Assembly (NCBI RefSeq): GCF_009834535.1
Contig: NC_045707.1
Coordinates: 50,098,001-50,162,000 of the forward strand
Source of the DNA: Camelus ferus
Taxonomy: Eukaryota
Length of the DNA stretch: 64,000 nt
Reading direction: 5' to 3'
Made by a program: the position numbers and the translations under genes. Below the pieces are notes generated by a model. The model was not told the origin of the DNA, searched no databases, and worked only from the letters and a program-made list of their open reading frames with translations. The stretch's first letter is position 1, and each line of letters opens with the position of its first letter. Shown here one piece after another: positions 14,263 to 27,945 of the stretch.

Positions 14263-17200
14263 TGTCTTCATTATTTTACATCTCATATAAAGATTATTAA
14301 GGTTTCTAATCCCTACTCTAAATGTTATCATTGAAAATTATCTATTATTTCTTTGAAAAGTAGTATTTGCTCTTATTTTTGTCCAGGCAAAAGATATCCT
14401 TTGTTATCCTAGCCTATTTCAGGCAGGCATTTTATAAGTGTGTATGTGCGCACGTGCGTGTGTGTAGTGATTTAAAAAAATCTCAGAATGTCAGGAATGG
14501 AAAGGATTTTTAAAGGGCATTCGGTTTGAATTTCCTGATGTTTGTATATTTCTCACAATATCCCTTAACAAGTGATCATTCCAAGTCTATTTTAGAACCT
14601 TCAATGATGGGAAACTTACTTGAGCTGGAAGGGTCAGACCACTTTTGGATAGGCTTTTCTGACTTTTGTCTGTTTTGTTCTCTACTTACAGAAATAAACC
14701 AAAACTAGAAATGTTAATTATAAACCAAAATTGACTTATTTTAACCCTTTATTAAGGATATATCTGAAGTTCAGGTTGCTGTTTATCTTTACATGTAAAA
14801 ATGCCTACTTTTGCATACACACTTGTCAGAAAATCCTTATGCTGTTTCATCAGAAACCATCAAATATACTTTGGGATAAAAATCAAGAAGTGATTTGCAG
14901 TTAAGTCATAAATGCTTGCGTTACTTCCTCATTGTGCCTCTGAGAAGGCATATAAAACTGATTTTTTTCAGTATGATTCAGTAGAGAACTGTATTGGCTT
15001 AACTTTGGACTTTACGTCTCTCCAAATACTGTCAAATTATTACTAATTACATTTTTGTGAATGGCTCAGCTGATTCAGGACAGTCTGCTAAATTTGGCTC
15101 GACAGATGTTGAGCCCTGTCTGTGTCTCATGCACTATGCTGGGCACCTGAGAAAGAAAGATGGCAAAGGTGTGCCTCCTCCCCTCAAGAGAGTAGCCCTG
15201 ATAATCTAGTGGGGAATACAGACATGGAGACACAAGTTTAATGAGAAGTGCTAGATGCTCTACTATGAGGGTGAAGTGGCGCCAGTGATTCGTTCTGACT
15301 TGCCAGCCCAGACAGTGGGTGAGTAGGAAGGGGAGGAGGAGAGGAGAGGAGAGGAAAAGAGAATAAATGTAATGCAGGAACTTCTGTATGTAACTGGGCA
15401 CCACAGTATCTTGAATGGTCCATCATTAATTATATAAGCAGTAATAGTTTAAACGTGTGGCCCTTAATCACGTTGTGGAATGGTTAACTTCCAATAAAAA
15501 TTTGCTTTCAAATGCCACAATTTTTACTCTTTGTTGATGCGTTAAGAGAATTAATTCTCTAGTGTAAGTGACAAAGGGATATTTATGCATTAAAATTAAC
15601 CATGTCCTTTAAACCTGTTAAGAGCCGTTCGTCCCTGTAATGTGACAGGCTTCTCAGGGCTGGCGGAGTAGCTGGCAGCAGTTAGCTCTAGCTTTTCCTC
15701 TGTTGCATGTGCTCAGGTGGAAGTGGAGCCTTGTCACCTGCAGAAACAAGGATTGCTCAGTTACTCAGGTTTATCCTGTGCACTCGGTGAGGCTGCGCTT
15801 CCCATCTTTGAGACGGCACCCCCTGGGCTTCTCCAGGGAGGACTTAAGGGTGGTGACTGCCCTGCCATCCATTTGGAGGAAGCTGTTCCCTGGGAACCTG
15901 TAAGCTCCATGGAGGCAGGTGCCACTTCTGACTTGTTCTTTGCTGTAGCTTTAATGCCTCCCGTGGAAGGCCTTCATTTGTGGAATGAACCAGTGAATGC
16001 TATTGTTATGCCCCTGTTCTTCAAGTGTCTGCAACAAAGAGATGCGGGGCCATATGTGATTTCTTCCTTGAATGGACCACCACAGCATCCGATCTTTTCT
16101 GTGTCTTGCTGGCATTTGTTTGCTGTGCTTCTTGTTTATCCAGTAATGCCAGCGATGTGCTGGGCACTGCGCGGGATGTAGGCCTGCTCTGTCTCAGTTC
16201 TCTCACCGCTACAGAGAATCCTCCTCGATTGCAGGCGTCACGTTGTCCTCACATTTAACACTGGTAAATGTTTAGTGTTGTGTCAGTGTCCGATAAGCAT
16301 TCCCCCAAAAATGAGTATTTAGCAGCTCTGAGGTAGAAGAGGCCCTCGGTGTCCTGGGAGCGGCAGGTACTGCGGCCTCATGTGCCACACTTTTCATAAC
16401 CCAGAATCTTGAACATATTTTCCCTTTACAGTTTTTTTTATTTTAATTTTATAAATGAGTGCGTTGAAACCTCCCCAGGCTGTGCACCCTGCTCTTCCCC
16501 TGTGCAGACAGGATGGTGGGAAGGAATCTGCTAATATCCAGGCTCCTGTGCCTTTGAGAGACAGGAGGACAGATGTGTCGGCTGGCTGATGTTGTGGGAT
16601 GGCAATCTTGCACTTCTCCCCTCTCTGCCCACTCCCTTTTTCCTGTGTTTATTCATCGCCATGTGTCATATGATAGTAATGTATTTCTTTGCTGATTCCA
16701 AACAAGAAAACCATTATTAAGGGAATATTGAGTTCCTTCCTGCCTAGACTTTCTATGGCTTTTAACCTTTTCTTTGCCCATTTCCTATTGCCCTTCTTCA
16801 CTAACCACACTGACTGCAACCCCCAGGGTCAGTGACTGACTTGTTAATTAGATTGAGGCCTTTTCCCATGAATGGCCAGAGCTGCTGCTACAGTAAGACC
16901 AGTGATATCTGCAGCCGTGTGTACATACTTAGGTGTGTTGTGATCCGTGTGAGAAAGACTGTTGTGGTCATAGAGTTTGGTTTCCGTCTGTGAGAATGGT
17001 GATAAACTCTGCACGTAAGTGGTTAACATGTTCAAAACTATTCAAGTTTCTGCTAAGTCCAGGGGGTACAGTGGTGAGAAGAGTAGGCACAACACAGTCT
17101 AGTGAGGGAGACAGACAACAGACAAGGAACAAATACATAAGGACAAGTCAGATCAGTTACGGAGGAACACGTCAGGATGCCGTGGTAGGAAATGGAAAGT

Positions 17201-17342
17201 CCACCTTCATTAGGCTGGTCGGGGACTACTTTTCTAAAGATGGGACAATTAAGCTGAAATTTGAAGATCAAAAAGGATTCAGCCATGCTAGGAGGGCAGA
17301 GAAGGCAGAGCAGAAGCAATGCTAAAAAAAAAAAAATCTGTT

Positions 17343-17520
17343 GGGGGAGGGTATAGCTCCAGTGGGAGAGTGTCTGCTTAGCATGCACGAGGTCCTGGGT
17401 TCAATCCCCAGTTCCGCCATTAAAATAAATAAATAAACCTATTTATTTCCTCCCCTCCCCCCAAAATAAGCAAGACAAACAACAAAAAAATGTTTTTAAT
17501 AAAATTAGATTAAATGTTTT
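17343..17520 (+). mobile_element. tRNA-derived SINE (camelid Vic-1-like)
   Basis: ggggagggtatagctc(c)agtgg A-box, ggttcaatccc B-box, then aataaa/cctccc spacer and A-rich tail; homologous to copies at 31402 and 58363. Confidence 0.85.
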
Positions 17521-17857
17521 AAAAAGTCTGACCTTTGAGCAGGAGTTATACATTTTAGTGTGGTTGTGTATGGCCATCCATACATTGTCTCTGGCCAGTG
17601 AGGGGCTGCCTGGGATCAGGAATGCAGACTGTGAGTCAGGACGTCATGTCCCGTACTCATCTTTTCACTGCTCTCATTTCAGTGTTTGCCGCCAGTCAGT
17701 AGCTGGGGCCCAGGTGGGTAAGTGCTCTATGTTGTTTCCTAAGTTCCCTTTGCTCAGGATGAGAATAAGTGGGCCATGCGTGCTTCTGGGCATGACTAGT
17801 GAGGGGCATTAAAAATCCTGTATGTTAACTTACTCTTCTATGATCTATGATTGCTAG

Positions 17858-17989
17858 TTTTGTTTTTTTTAACTTTTTTTTTTATTGAGTTATAGTCATT
17901 TTACAACGTGTCAAATTCCAGCGTAGAGCACAGTTTTTCAAGTTACACATGAACGTTATTCATTGTCATTTTTTTTTCGCTGTGAGCTA
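17858..17989 (-). mobile_element. Very short L1 3'-end insertion
   Basis: T-rich tail plus ttattgagttatagtcattttacaa; TSD TATGA(T/C)TGCTAG at 17846-17857 and 17990-18001. Confidence 0.7.
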
Positions 17990-18734
17990 TATGACTGCTA
18001 GGAGTTTTGCTTATGAACATTTCAGGGATGGCTTTAGCTTTTCTTCATCATGTGGAGTTGAGTAATTTAAAGTGTCAGTAGGATTGCTTGGGATGTCTGG
18101 ATTTTACTGAGCGCTTCATACCCAAAAAAGTCATTTCCATTCAGGTGTTTTAGGTTAACACCCTAATAGTGTCAGGCACATCACAAAGGTGGAAAATTTG
18201 GGGGTACAGAGCATAACTGCTCAGAGACCCAGAGGTTTTGGAGGCACATATAGCCTGGTAGGCAATATAGGAAAAGTGTAAGTTCATAGATGTCTGAGGG
18301 AGAAAAGTAGAAAAGATAAATTACCAAATGACTGAAGGCACCAGTATGTCCGTTTCAGGAGAACAGGTCTTGGCTCTTGCCACCCGCTGCTGGGCTGTCA
18401 CCGTTTAGAGCAGTGCCTGGCACAGAGGGAGCTCCAGAAATACTGGTTGTGTGAACAAACAAAAAGAGCCTGAGCAGATACACTCAGCTGGGTAAGAGCA
18501 GCATGAAGTGCCTTATGCGTGTTTTAAAATGAACTTGAACTGGGAATGCCGGATTTTCAGTTTTTTATTTTCAACAAATGGTGAGTTAGTAATATTATGA
18601 CAGAGGGAAATTTGAGGTTTTTATCTTCCCCCCAAAATGGTGGGGAGGGTCATGGAGAACAGTGGCTTTGAACCCACGGTTACAGTACCTGGAGTACTTG
18701 GCATCTCTTGGATTTATGACTGGTCATGTTCCAT

Positions 18735-18920
18735 ACACCTTTCCTACCTGTGTGGCTTTGGGCAAGTTATTTAGTCTCTCTGTATCTCTTTCCTCATTTG
18801 TAAAATGAGAATAGTGGTAGAGCATACCTGAGAGGGTTATTGTGAGGATCAAACCAGTCAGTGTGTGTAAAGCCCTTGAAACAGTGCTGAGCACACAGGA
18901 AGCTGTGTATGTGCTGACCG
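18735..18920 (+). mobile_element. MIR SINE
   Basis: ctgtgtggctttgggcaagttatttagtctctctgt...tttcctcatttgtaaaatgagaata core. Confidence 0.85.
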
Positions 18921-19064
18921 CCACCTCTGTGTTCTCATCGCCATCATCAGAAGTGTGCTTCCCGCATGGAACGCTCCTATGTCAAGTGGTAACCAGAGAT
19001 GAAGACTGACTAAAATTGTAAAACTTCTGTGATTTCTGTGCTGCATATATTTGGATTCTTTCTT

Positions 19065-21535
19065 TTCATAATAGCTTTAATGAGATATATAATTCACAGG
19101 CTATAAATTCGACACTTTAAATGGTACAGTTTTTAATGGGTTTTAGAATAGTTACAAAGTTGTGCAACCATCACCACCATCTAATTTTCGAATATTTAAT
19201 CACTTCCCAAATAATTTGAGTATTTTCATCATCCACATACCCTTTATCAGTATCTGCCCATTCTTCTCTCCTCCCAGCCCCTGGCAACCACCAATCTGTC
19301 TGTCTTCGTATATTTGTCTATTCTATTTCATATACATGGAATCACATAATATGTGGGGTTTGTGTACAGCTTTTTTAACTTAGCCTAATGTTTTCAAGGT
19401 TCATCAAGTTCAACCATGTGTTAGTACCTCATTCTCTTTTGTGAGTGATTGATATCCATTGTGAAGGTAATAGCACATTGTTTTTTCATTCATTACCACA
19501 GTATTTTGATGCAGGTAGGGTGTTACCATTTTATTGACTATTATGAATGCCGCTGCTGTGATTTTCATGGACAGGTTTTACACGGATGTTTGTTTTGTTC
19601 CTCTTGGGTACATACCAAGGAGTGTAATTGCTGGGTCATATGGTAATTCACGTTTCACATTTTGAGGAATTAAAAACTGTTTTCCAAAGTAGCCGCACCA
19701 TTTTACAATCCCCCCAGCAGCATATGAGGGTTCCAATTTCTCTGTATCTGCACCAACATTTGTTACATTCTTTTTTATTTTAGTCATCCTACTGGGTATG
19801 AAGTGGTATCTCAGTGTGGTTTTGATTTGCATTTTCCTGATAGCTAGTGATTTTGAGCGTCCTTTTATGTGCTTATTGGCCATTTGTATATCTTCTTTAG
19901 AGAAATGGTGTGTTCAAATCCTTTGACCATTTTTAATTCGGTTGTCATTTTGTCTTTGAGTTTTAAGAATTCTTTATATGTTCTTTATGAAGAAATCTCT
20001 ATCAAATATATGATTTCCATAAATCTTCCCCAATTCTTTGGGGTTTTTAACCCCACCTTCTTGGTGTTGTCTTTTGAAGCACAAAAGTTTTAAATTTTGA
20101 TGAAGTGCAATTGATTACTTGTACTTCTGGGGTTGAATCTAATAAGCCTCAGTCTAATCCAAGGTGAGAAAAATTAATTCCTATGTTTTCGTCTAAGATT
20201 TGTATCATTTTCGCTCTTACAGTCTACGATCCATTTTAATTTATATGATGTGAGGTAGGGGCCCAGAGTCTTTCTTTTGAATTTAACTATCCAGTTTTCC
20301 CAGCACTTTTTAGTGGAAAAAGACAGACTATTCTTCATTAAATTATCTTGGCAACCTTGTCAAAAATGAACTGACCATAAATGTAAGGGCATATTTCTGG
20401 ACTCTCAGCTCTATTCTATTGATCTGTGTGTCTGTCCTTATGTCAGTACCACACCATCTTGATTACTGTGGTTTATTAGAGAATTTTGAAATTGGGACAT
20501 GTTAGTCCTCCAACTTTGTCCTTCAATATTATTTTGGCTATTCCTGGTTCTTTGCATTTCTGTATGCATTTTAAGACCAGCTTGTCGATTTCTTTTAAAA
20601 AGGCAGCTGAGATTTTGATAGGGATTGCCTTCAATCGGTATGTATCTATTTGGGAAGTATGGCTATCTTAATATTAAGTCTTCCCATTTATTTAAATCGT
20701 CTTTAATTACTTTCAGTGATGGTGTGTTTGTAGTTTTCATTATACAAATCTTGTACTTTGTTAAATGTATTCATAAGCATTTTATTCTTTTTGATAATAG
20801 ATGGATTGTTTTCTTAATTCTATTTTCAGATTTTTCATTGCCTTTTTTATTTTTATTGTGGTAAAATATATATAAGAAAAATTTACCACTTCAATCATTT
20901 TTAAGTGTACAGTTCACTTGCATTAAGTATTCTCAATGTTGTGTAACTATCAGCACTATCTATTTTGAGATCTTTTTCATCATTTCAGATTCTTTACTCA
21001 TTAAGCAACAAGTGCATAAACTCCACATTTCCCCTCCCCGCCAGCTCATAGTAACCTCTCTGAATTTGCCTGTTCCAGGTACCTCATATTAGAAGAATCA
21101 TACAGTATTTTCCTTTGTGTCTTCTCATTTCACTTAGCATGAGGTTCATCCATGTTGTAGCATGTAACAGAATTACATTTATCTTTATGGTTAAATAATA
21201 CTCTACTATATGTATATACCACATTTTGTTTATACATTTATCTGTTGATGGGAACCAGATTGTTTCTCTTTTTTGGCTCTTGTGAGTAATGCTGCTGTGA
21301 ATACTGGTGTAAGTTATCTGTTCAAGTCCCTGCTTTCAGTTCTTTTGGATATATAGTTAGGAGTGGAATTGCTGGATTATATGGTAAGTCTATGTTTTAA
21401 CTGACGGAGGAGTAGCCATACTGTTTCCATAGCAGTTGACCATTTTATATTCCTACCAGCAGTGCATGAAGGTTCCAATTTCTCCATATTCTCACCAATA
21501 TTTGTTAGTTTCCATTTTTTAAAATAATCCTAACA
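19065..21535 (-). mobile_element. Two adjacent older L1 fragments (~19065-20840 and ~20845-21535)
   Basis: Antisense ORF2 C-terminal remnant (MANKHIKGRSKSLAIRKMQIKTTLRYHF...LPYDPAITLLGMYP); a second L1 3' end begins at ~20845. Confidence 0.85.
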
Positions 21536-21776
21536 AGCTTTTTAGTGGTGGAACACCTGATCCTTCAAACAGATAGTGTTTAATTGAAAGAAAAAAAAAA
21601 TTTCCTCCATTCATTTTTAGCCTTTTTTCCCTTCTTTTAATTGTAATTTCCATAATTTGCTGTAGTTGAGGATGAACCACTCAATGTATTGAAAACATTA
21701 TATATAATGTTTTCATCTCACTTTAAAGTTTGGAAACTATTGACACTATCTTTTCCATCTATCTTTACTATCAAAG

Positions 21777-21993
21777 ACTATGGAAACCACTGTTAGAACT
21801 CTACCAGAGAAGGGTGAGGAGGTCTGCGGATATTTCTTGAATCCTTCTTTAATGTCAGAATGTTCACCTACAAACTTGAAAAAGAAAACAGAAGACATGA
21901 GCGACCTCCCTCCTGAGAGCCAAAGAACCATCCCGCTCGCTGTGGTCCGACGCACTAGAGCACATCATGGACCAGCTCAACGTTTTAACACAG
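21777..21993 (+). CDS. POC1B: POC1B penultimate coding exon, with apparent +1 frameshift at ~21945
   Basis: Pyrimidine tract plus AG (21775-21776) and CAG|GT donor (21994). Translates [56 protein letters not shown] and, after skipping one base, [16 protein letters not shown]. This matches the recalled POC1B C-terminus (..[31 protein letters not shown]). Confidence 0.93.
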
Positions 21994-24900
21994 GTGCGCT
22001 GGCGTGCTTTGTGCTGGGGGGTGTGCTGTGCAAAATAATCCTGGTTACAGCAGGCTGCAGAACTCACAGAGCAGGGGGAAACTGTCTTAGCACAGCAAGC
22101 TCAAAGGTGGCAATCAGTATTGCAACACATGCTCTGCTGAGGTAGTTGCTCTGGCAAGACCTTGTGGAGGCGACTGTGAAGAACTGTGATTGTACTGCAT
22201 GCTATAAATGTATTTGATTATGGGCACTAATGTTCTGCCCTAAGTATTTTTGATGTGGTTTATTCAGATTATTAGGACATTGTCAAAGAAATATATAGGG
22301 CCATAAGAAAAATCTATTGGGATGAATCATTTCAGTTAGAGTGAAACAGTGGCAGTGTTTGTAGTCCTTCACTTTGAAGATGATATTCTCACTGCCCAAC
22401 ATCTAACTTCCAGAGCTTCTTACTGTGATGCTGTTTTCTTTAGGAAGTGATCGTTTTTACATCCCCTTTTGGACTTACCTAGTCCTGACGCCAGTTTGCC
22501 TTTGCAGAGAGAACATCAGGGTCTTCCAGTTCTTGGTCAGGAGATACAGGTGTCATTTAATGGAAGCTCTATATTAAAATGGACACATCAAAGGCGGTCC
22601 TTCCAGCTCTGCTGAGTCAGTGTTTCCTCTGAAGAAGTCATTCTGTTCACCAAAGAGGAACAGTAAGATACTGATACTTGTCAGAGCAGACGCTGTCCCA
22701 AGTTTTTAGAAAGGCTATAATATAAATGCAAGCTGTCAATTACTTTTCCAGAGTAAATACTTCAAGTTAAAATAGCTCTTGCATGGAAATTATCTAATTC
22801 TTGTTCTCAGCCCTGGCTGTGCATTATAATCACCCGGGCAGTTAAGATGTACAGTTCTTATCTCCAGAGAATTCAAGGTCCTGGCATCGGTCTTTTAATA
22901 CTCTGTTTTGGGTTCAGAGCCAGTAATTAAAATTTTTAGCCTTTAGATAACATCTCAGGGCCTTTGGCATTAAGGGCCACATATGTGGATGTGGGTCCTG
23001 ACAGACTGTGGGAACGAGCCATGTGAGACCCTGGAGTCAACATAAGATTTGTTCAGTGAAAATCATAGTAAAATCACCAGTTTCCACGTTGCAGTGTGGC
23101 GCTAGAGGTGACTTTGTACGTATCAGACACTTCTTTCCTTCAAAGGCAGTTTTCTCTCCATGCCAGCTCTGACGTCCTCACTGCACTGTCCCAGTGGAGG
23201 CTTCTCCCAAACCAGTCTTCCTAGTTTGTCCTCTTCCAGCTCCATGGCCCATTTCCCCTTTTCACCTGACTCAAGGGTAAATGAATTATTATAAACTTTA
23301 TTGAACTGTTATTTTTTAATGTTGAAAAACTGGGGGAGGTTGTTTTTTACATATGAAAATAGTTAAAAGCAGGCAAAACACACTTGCAAAATGGGAACAG
23401 TGTGAATCACGGGCAAGTAGCAAGTAAAATTAACATGTTCTAACTCACTTTAATTACAGATGACTGAACATCTAACTCAGCTGCAGTGTTTATAACTGTA
23501 CTGAATTATAATCAGAGATAAAGTGAAATTCCATTTAAGATAGTAGCAGTGTTAAAGGTGCTCTAGCAGCAGCTTCAGCATGTGGAACTGTGATAATGTA
23601 TGTAAAGTATCGGGCAATATGCTTGACACCCGCTAGGCACTCAAGAAGTGGTGCCTAGTATTACCAGCATCGCTATTAATTTCAATGAGTTATTACCAAT
23701 ATAATATGGAATACGAAAGCAAAAGCTATTAGATAAAAAAATCATTAAGACTGATTACCTTCAGCAGCTGATGGGGAATCAATTCATTATCTTGAAACTT
23801 GTTGACTAAAGTAAGCCTTCATCCCGCCTTTCCTGTATGAACCCTACCACCAGGTAACCAAATAATATATGAGGGAGGTGTCTGTCTTATAATTTATCCC
23901 AACTAGAATATCAGTGGCAATCTCCAGGATCGATAGGTCTAGGCACTGAGTAGTTACTCACATCACGAAAAAACAATCAAACATTGTGCCATCTGATAAA
24001 GCAATATACTTACCAAGGGATCCAGCCTGAGTCTCAAACCTCTGAGGCTAGAACAGACTAAGCTGCATCTGGTGTACATAATCCTTAAAGTCCAGACTAG
24101 TATACACTGTACTGGTCAAATGGCCTGAAATAGAGGGAGAGGGTGGGGATCTGTAGAGTAAAAGACTATAAATGACATATCAAATCTTAAAAATGGGTAA
24201 GACAAAGCTATAGCATCTAGGGGTGCACACTTAACCATAAAGACATGCAGAAAAGGGATGACTACAGCAGGCAGGACCGTGGCCATCATGTCTAGTTCTT
24301 GACCTGCGTGCTGGTCGTAAGGGTGTTTTTCTTGTGATAATTCATTAAGTGACACATATTTTTTGCACAACTTCCCAAATCTATTTTATAGTAAAGTTTT
24401 TTTGGAAAAGATTGAAGATGCAGTAGTCAATATCACAAAAATTAGATTTCCCAAATTTAAAAGAAGTCATTCATAAACGTGTGTCAAGTAGTCACATACT
24501 TACTTAGGAGCTGAAGGCGTTAGGATAGCTGAGATTCATCAAGTCCCACGTGCCAGGCTGCGTAAGCATTTTACATGCTGTATTTCAGTCTTCCTGGCAC
24601 CTCTGTGAGGTGCTGTTGTCGCCTTCTGGGTGCAGAAATGGGTGCCAATCATATTTTCAAAGTAAACTAGGTATCCAGCTGTCTGGGATAATTAACATAG
24701 GTATGGTCCATTGTGGACTGACTGACAGGATGGCCAGTGATGCCGTTTAAGTAGCACCTGGGCCAGGTATATGGCATTCCCTCCCAACCGCACCCCCGCA
24801 TCCCAGGTCACGTGCAGCCTCTTCCCTGGCGTTGATGCTCTAGGTCAGACGTGAGAATTGTCTTCAGAGTCTTGATCGTTTATTCCTTTTTCCTCAAATG

Positions 24901-25025
24901 CATCATTGTTTTTTCTTTTCCTGCTCGACAGTGCCTCGCCCCGTGTAGGCTGAGGAAGGAGGGCAGGTTCTGGGGCTCACGACTGAGCCAACCTCCTAGC
25001 AAAAGGGTGGGCATTCCAGTTCTGA

Positions 25026-25214
<189 letters not shown>

Positions 25215-26680
25215 GTAGAAAAGTACAAGCAGGGGCATGAGAAATGAACACATGTGCGCATACGCAGGAAGGTAGTGCGAGATGCTTCATGCAACACAAC
25301 CATGTGCTAAACGTCATGGCGATATCTAGCCATGATATTTGATTTCAAATACTTTCATTTCAATATCAAAGGACGAAAGGCAGAAAAGGCATAATAAAGG
25401 CCTAAACACACAAGTCAATGTCGAGGACTAATTCAAACCATTACTATTTATGATTGCACTAATAAAGTGATAAATATTCAAATGGCTCTATATTTTCCCC
25501 CATATTATTTTAAATGTCAGTTTCCTGGTACAAAGGTAACCAAATCTCTTGATTTCATTGTTATTTCAAATTGACCATGTTCATGCAATTCCTTAAAACA
25601 ATTAGTGTATTCCTTTAGTAAACAATACCCTTGGGGTTCTGAAATAATTCACTTGCCTCTAAAACAGCATTTTATATGCAGAGAATGAGTTCATGATCTG
25701 ACTTGCATTTCTTTCAGTTTAAAAAAAATTATTCTTTCTTACCTGTGCGTTAAAAAGACGATCTCATAAAACTCCCAAACCACAAAATTTCCACAGCAAG
25801 AATACACTTACCTTAATTAGCAGCAGCATATGGGCATAGGCAGTGGGTTTTGATATAATTTATTGTATACATCATTTATCTTTTGACCAACCTGAAAGAA
25901 AACCAAGAGTTAGAAATATGTGAAGCGCACCCATCTTTTTCTTTTGTAGATGAATGCACTGAATGATCTGGGTTGAATCCAAACCTGTGATCCCAGTTTA
26001 CAAAGACCAAGCATGATTTCAGAATCCTCAAAGCCCAGAACAATGCAACAGCAGTATTTAACGACATACATACGTGTATGTTCACGTGCTTCAGAAGCGG
26101 ATAGGGCGGTTTTGGTAGCTGAATAGAAGTACTTTAAAAAAAAATTCCCATCGTTATCTTCCTTTTTTTTTTTTTAAATGAATTGTGATTTGAAACAAAA
26201 TGAAAATGAGCTGGACATTCTAAAAGATCTTGGTTACAAATTAAGAATTTTGTTATAGAGATTAAATTGAAGAAAAATGAATTTAGTTTGCATTTCTGTT
26301 AACCTGTATCAAGAACAGAGAAGGTGGGAGAAAGCCATCCACATTAATGATGCCTGAAGGCATAACATGGGGAATTTACTGTCTATGTTTTGGAAAAGAA
26401 ACCGTGAAGTCTTATTTATATACAAGTATATATTTAGAAATCTTTCTCAAAGCAGTTTTCAATTGTATTTATGAGGTGGTTTTGTTTATCATCTCGTGTT
26501 TTTCAAGTGCCTTTTATATGATACTAAGTGTGAACTTCTAGACAGTTTCAAGGGTTTATAAAGACCAAGTGGCACTGTATTTTATAACCTCATCGAGAAG
26601 ACTATGAAATGTCGTACTGATTTGTTTACTCTTTTTATATGCTTCAAACAATAAAGGCATTTTACCTTTGAAGAAAGTTG
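25215..26680 (+). other. POC1B: POC1B 3' UTR (end approximate)
   Basis: AT-rich sequence with no obvious repeats after the stop codon; AATAAA at 25393, 25461 and 26650; repeats resume at ~26725. Confidence 0.7.
26650..26655 (+). terminator. Probable distal polyadenylation signal of POC1B
   Basis: AATAAA followed ~25 nt later by a GU/U-rich element (gttgtttctttt). Confidence 0.6.
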
Positions 26681-26724
26681 TTTCTTTTTAAACGATTAAA
26701 ATCTGGAAATACTAAACTTACCAT

Positions 26725-26910
26725 CTGGGTCACTCAACTTTAAAACATTCATAACAATCTCCCGGAGAACTTGTCAAAACAGTTTCCTGGGCCCTATCCC
26801 TGGGGCTTGTGACTCACCAGGTCTGGTGGCGCCCAGGCATTTGCACCATTACCAAGCTCACAGGAGGCCTGATGCCCCTGGCCTCGGGCCCACACTTCAG
26901 AAACCCCTGA
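26725..26910. mobile_element. MER5-like DNA transposon
   Basis: aatctcccggagaacttgtcaaaac...caggtctgg...ggcatttgca...gggcccacacttcagaaaccctg. Confidence 0.6.
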
Positions 26911-27199
26911 CTAGCTCTAGCCACTTCCTGCAACACAGTGTGGCCACATGCTTTCCCAGTCACAGACCTTCGTAAGTGATAGAAAAACAGCGATGACATA
27001 AGTTTAAATGCTTAGACAGTTTTTCAAAAGGGTTATTTTAGAATCCCCCCAACACACACCTTGTTTTTAAGCTTTGGAGGATTCGTCATCAGAGTCCAGC
27101 CTCTCATCTGTCCTAGCTTGTGTGTTTACATCCCCACTCGGAAGATGTGGAAGGCAGTTTCTGAACATGTCCCAAACCAAACTCTGCTGTGCCCCGCCA

Positions 27200-27945
27200 C
27201 CCAACCACCACCCACCAGTCACCCTCCCCGGGCCGTCCCACCTCCGTGAGTGGCAACTCTCCTTCGAGGCATTCAGACTGAAGCCCTCAGTCATCCTTGA
27301 TTCCGCTGTCTCATACTCCACGGTCCATCACTTCAGCAAATCTTACGAGAATGTCTGGCTTACCTGGTTATTTCTCACACCTCCACCAGCCACCGGGGCC
27401 CAAGCCACCATCGTCCCTCACCTGGATGACTGCAGTGACACCCTTGCACAGGCAGGTCAGAGTGGTTCTTGAAAAGCCTGAACTAGAACACGTGGCTCTT
27501 CAGCTCAGCTTTCAGGGCTCCCCATCTTACTTGGGGTAAAAGCCCCAGACTGGACAGTAGTGATGTGCTCCCCTCCCTCCCGGGTCACCCTTACTCACTG
27601 CCCTCTGGCCACAGTGGCCTCTTTGCTTCCCTGAAGAAGCAAAACCGCTCCCACCTGAGGGCATCTGTACTTGCCATTTCCTCTGCCTGGAACTCTGTCC
27701 CCAGGGATCCCTCATAACATTCCAGCCCTGCTCACATGTTGCCTTTCCCAAGGTGCTCTTCCTAACCACCCTTATGAAATGGTGCCCTCCATCCACTCCC
27801 TGCGTATCTTTGGTACGACACAGACTGCAACACAGTTCCATTCTACCTCTTCCACTGTGAGCTGACCACCTCAAAAAGCCAGCTCTGTCATTAGACTCCC
27901 CACCTAGCACAGTGCCTCATTCATAGGAGGAGCTCAGCAGATAGG
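27200..27945 (+). mobile_element. L2 3' end, split by the ERV insertion; tail resumes at ~39361-39375
   Basis: cctagcacagtgcct...atagg...gctcagcagat before the ERV and tattgactaaatga after it. Confidence 0.7.

Larger units (their letters stand above)
1..21776 (+). other. POC1B: Long POC1B intron (upstream exon lies outside the window)
   Basis: No WD40-encoding exon recognised upstream of 21777; region is repeat-rich. Confidence 0.75.

Noticed and set aside
15717..17388. 154-, 130- and 111-aa intronic ORFs
   Set aside because: Partly L2/SINE-derived with no recognisable homology; consistent with chance.
17343..17420. tRNA gene
   Set aside because: The tRNA-like head continues into a SINE body and A-rich tail, with diverged copies elsewhere in the window.
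21780..22145. 121-aa ORF as a standalone gene
   Set aside because: It is the POC1B exon read through the frameshift into the intron.
23089..23113. CTCF-like site (tgcagtgtggcgctagaggtgac)
   Set aside because: Several mismatches in the core consensus; unsupported without a PWM score or ChIP data.
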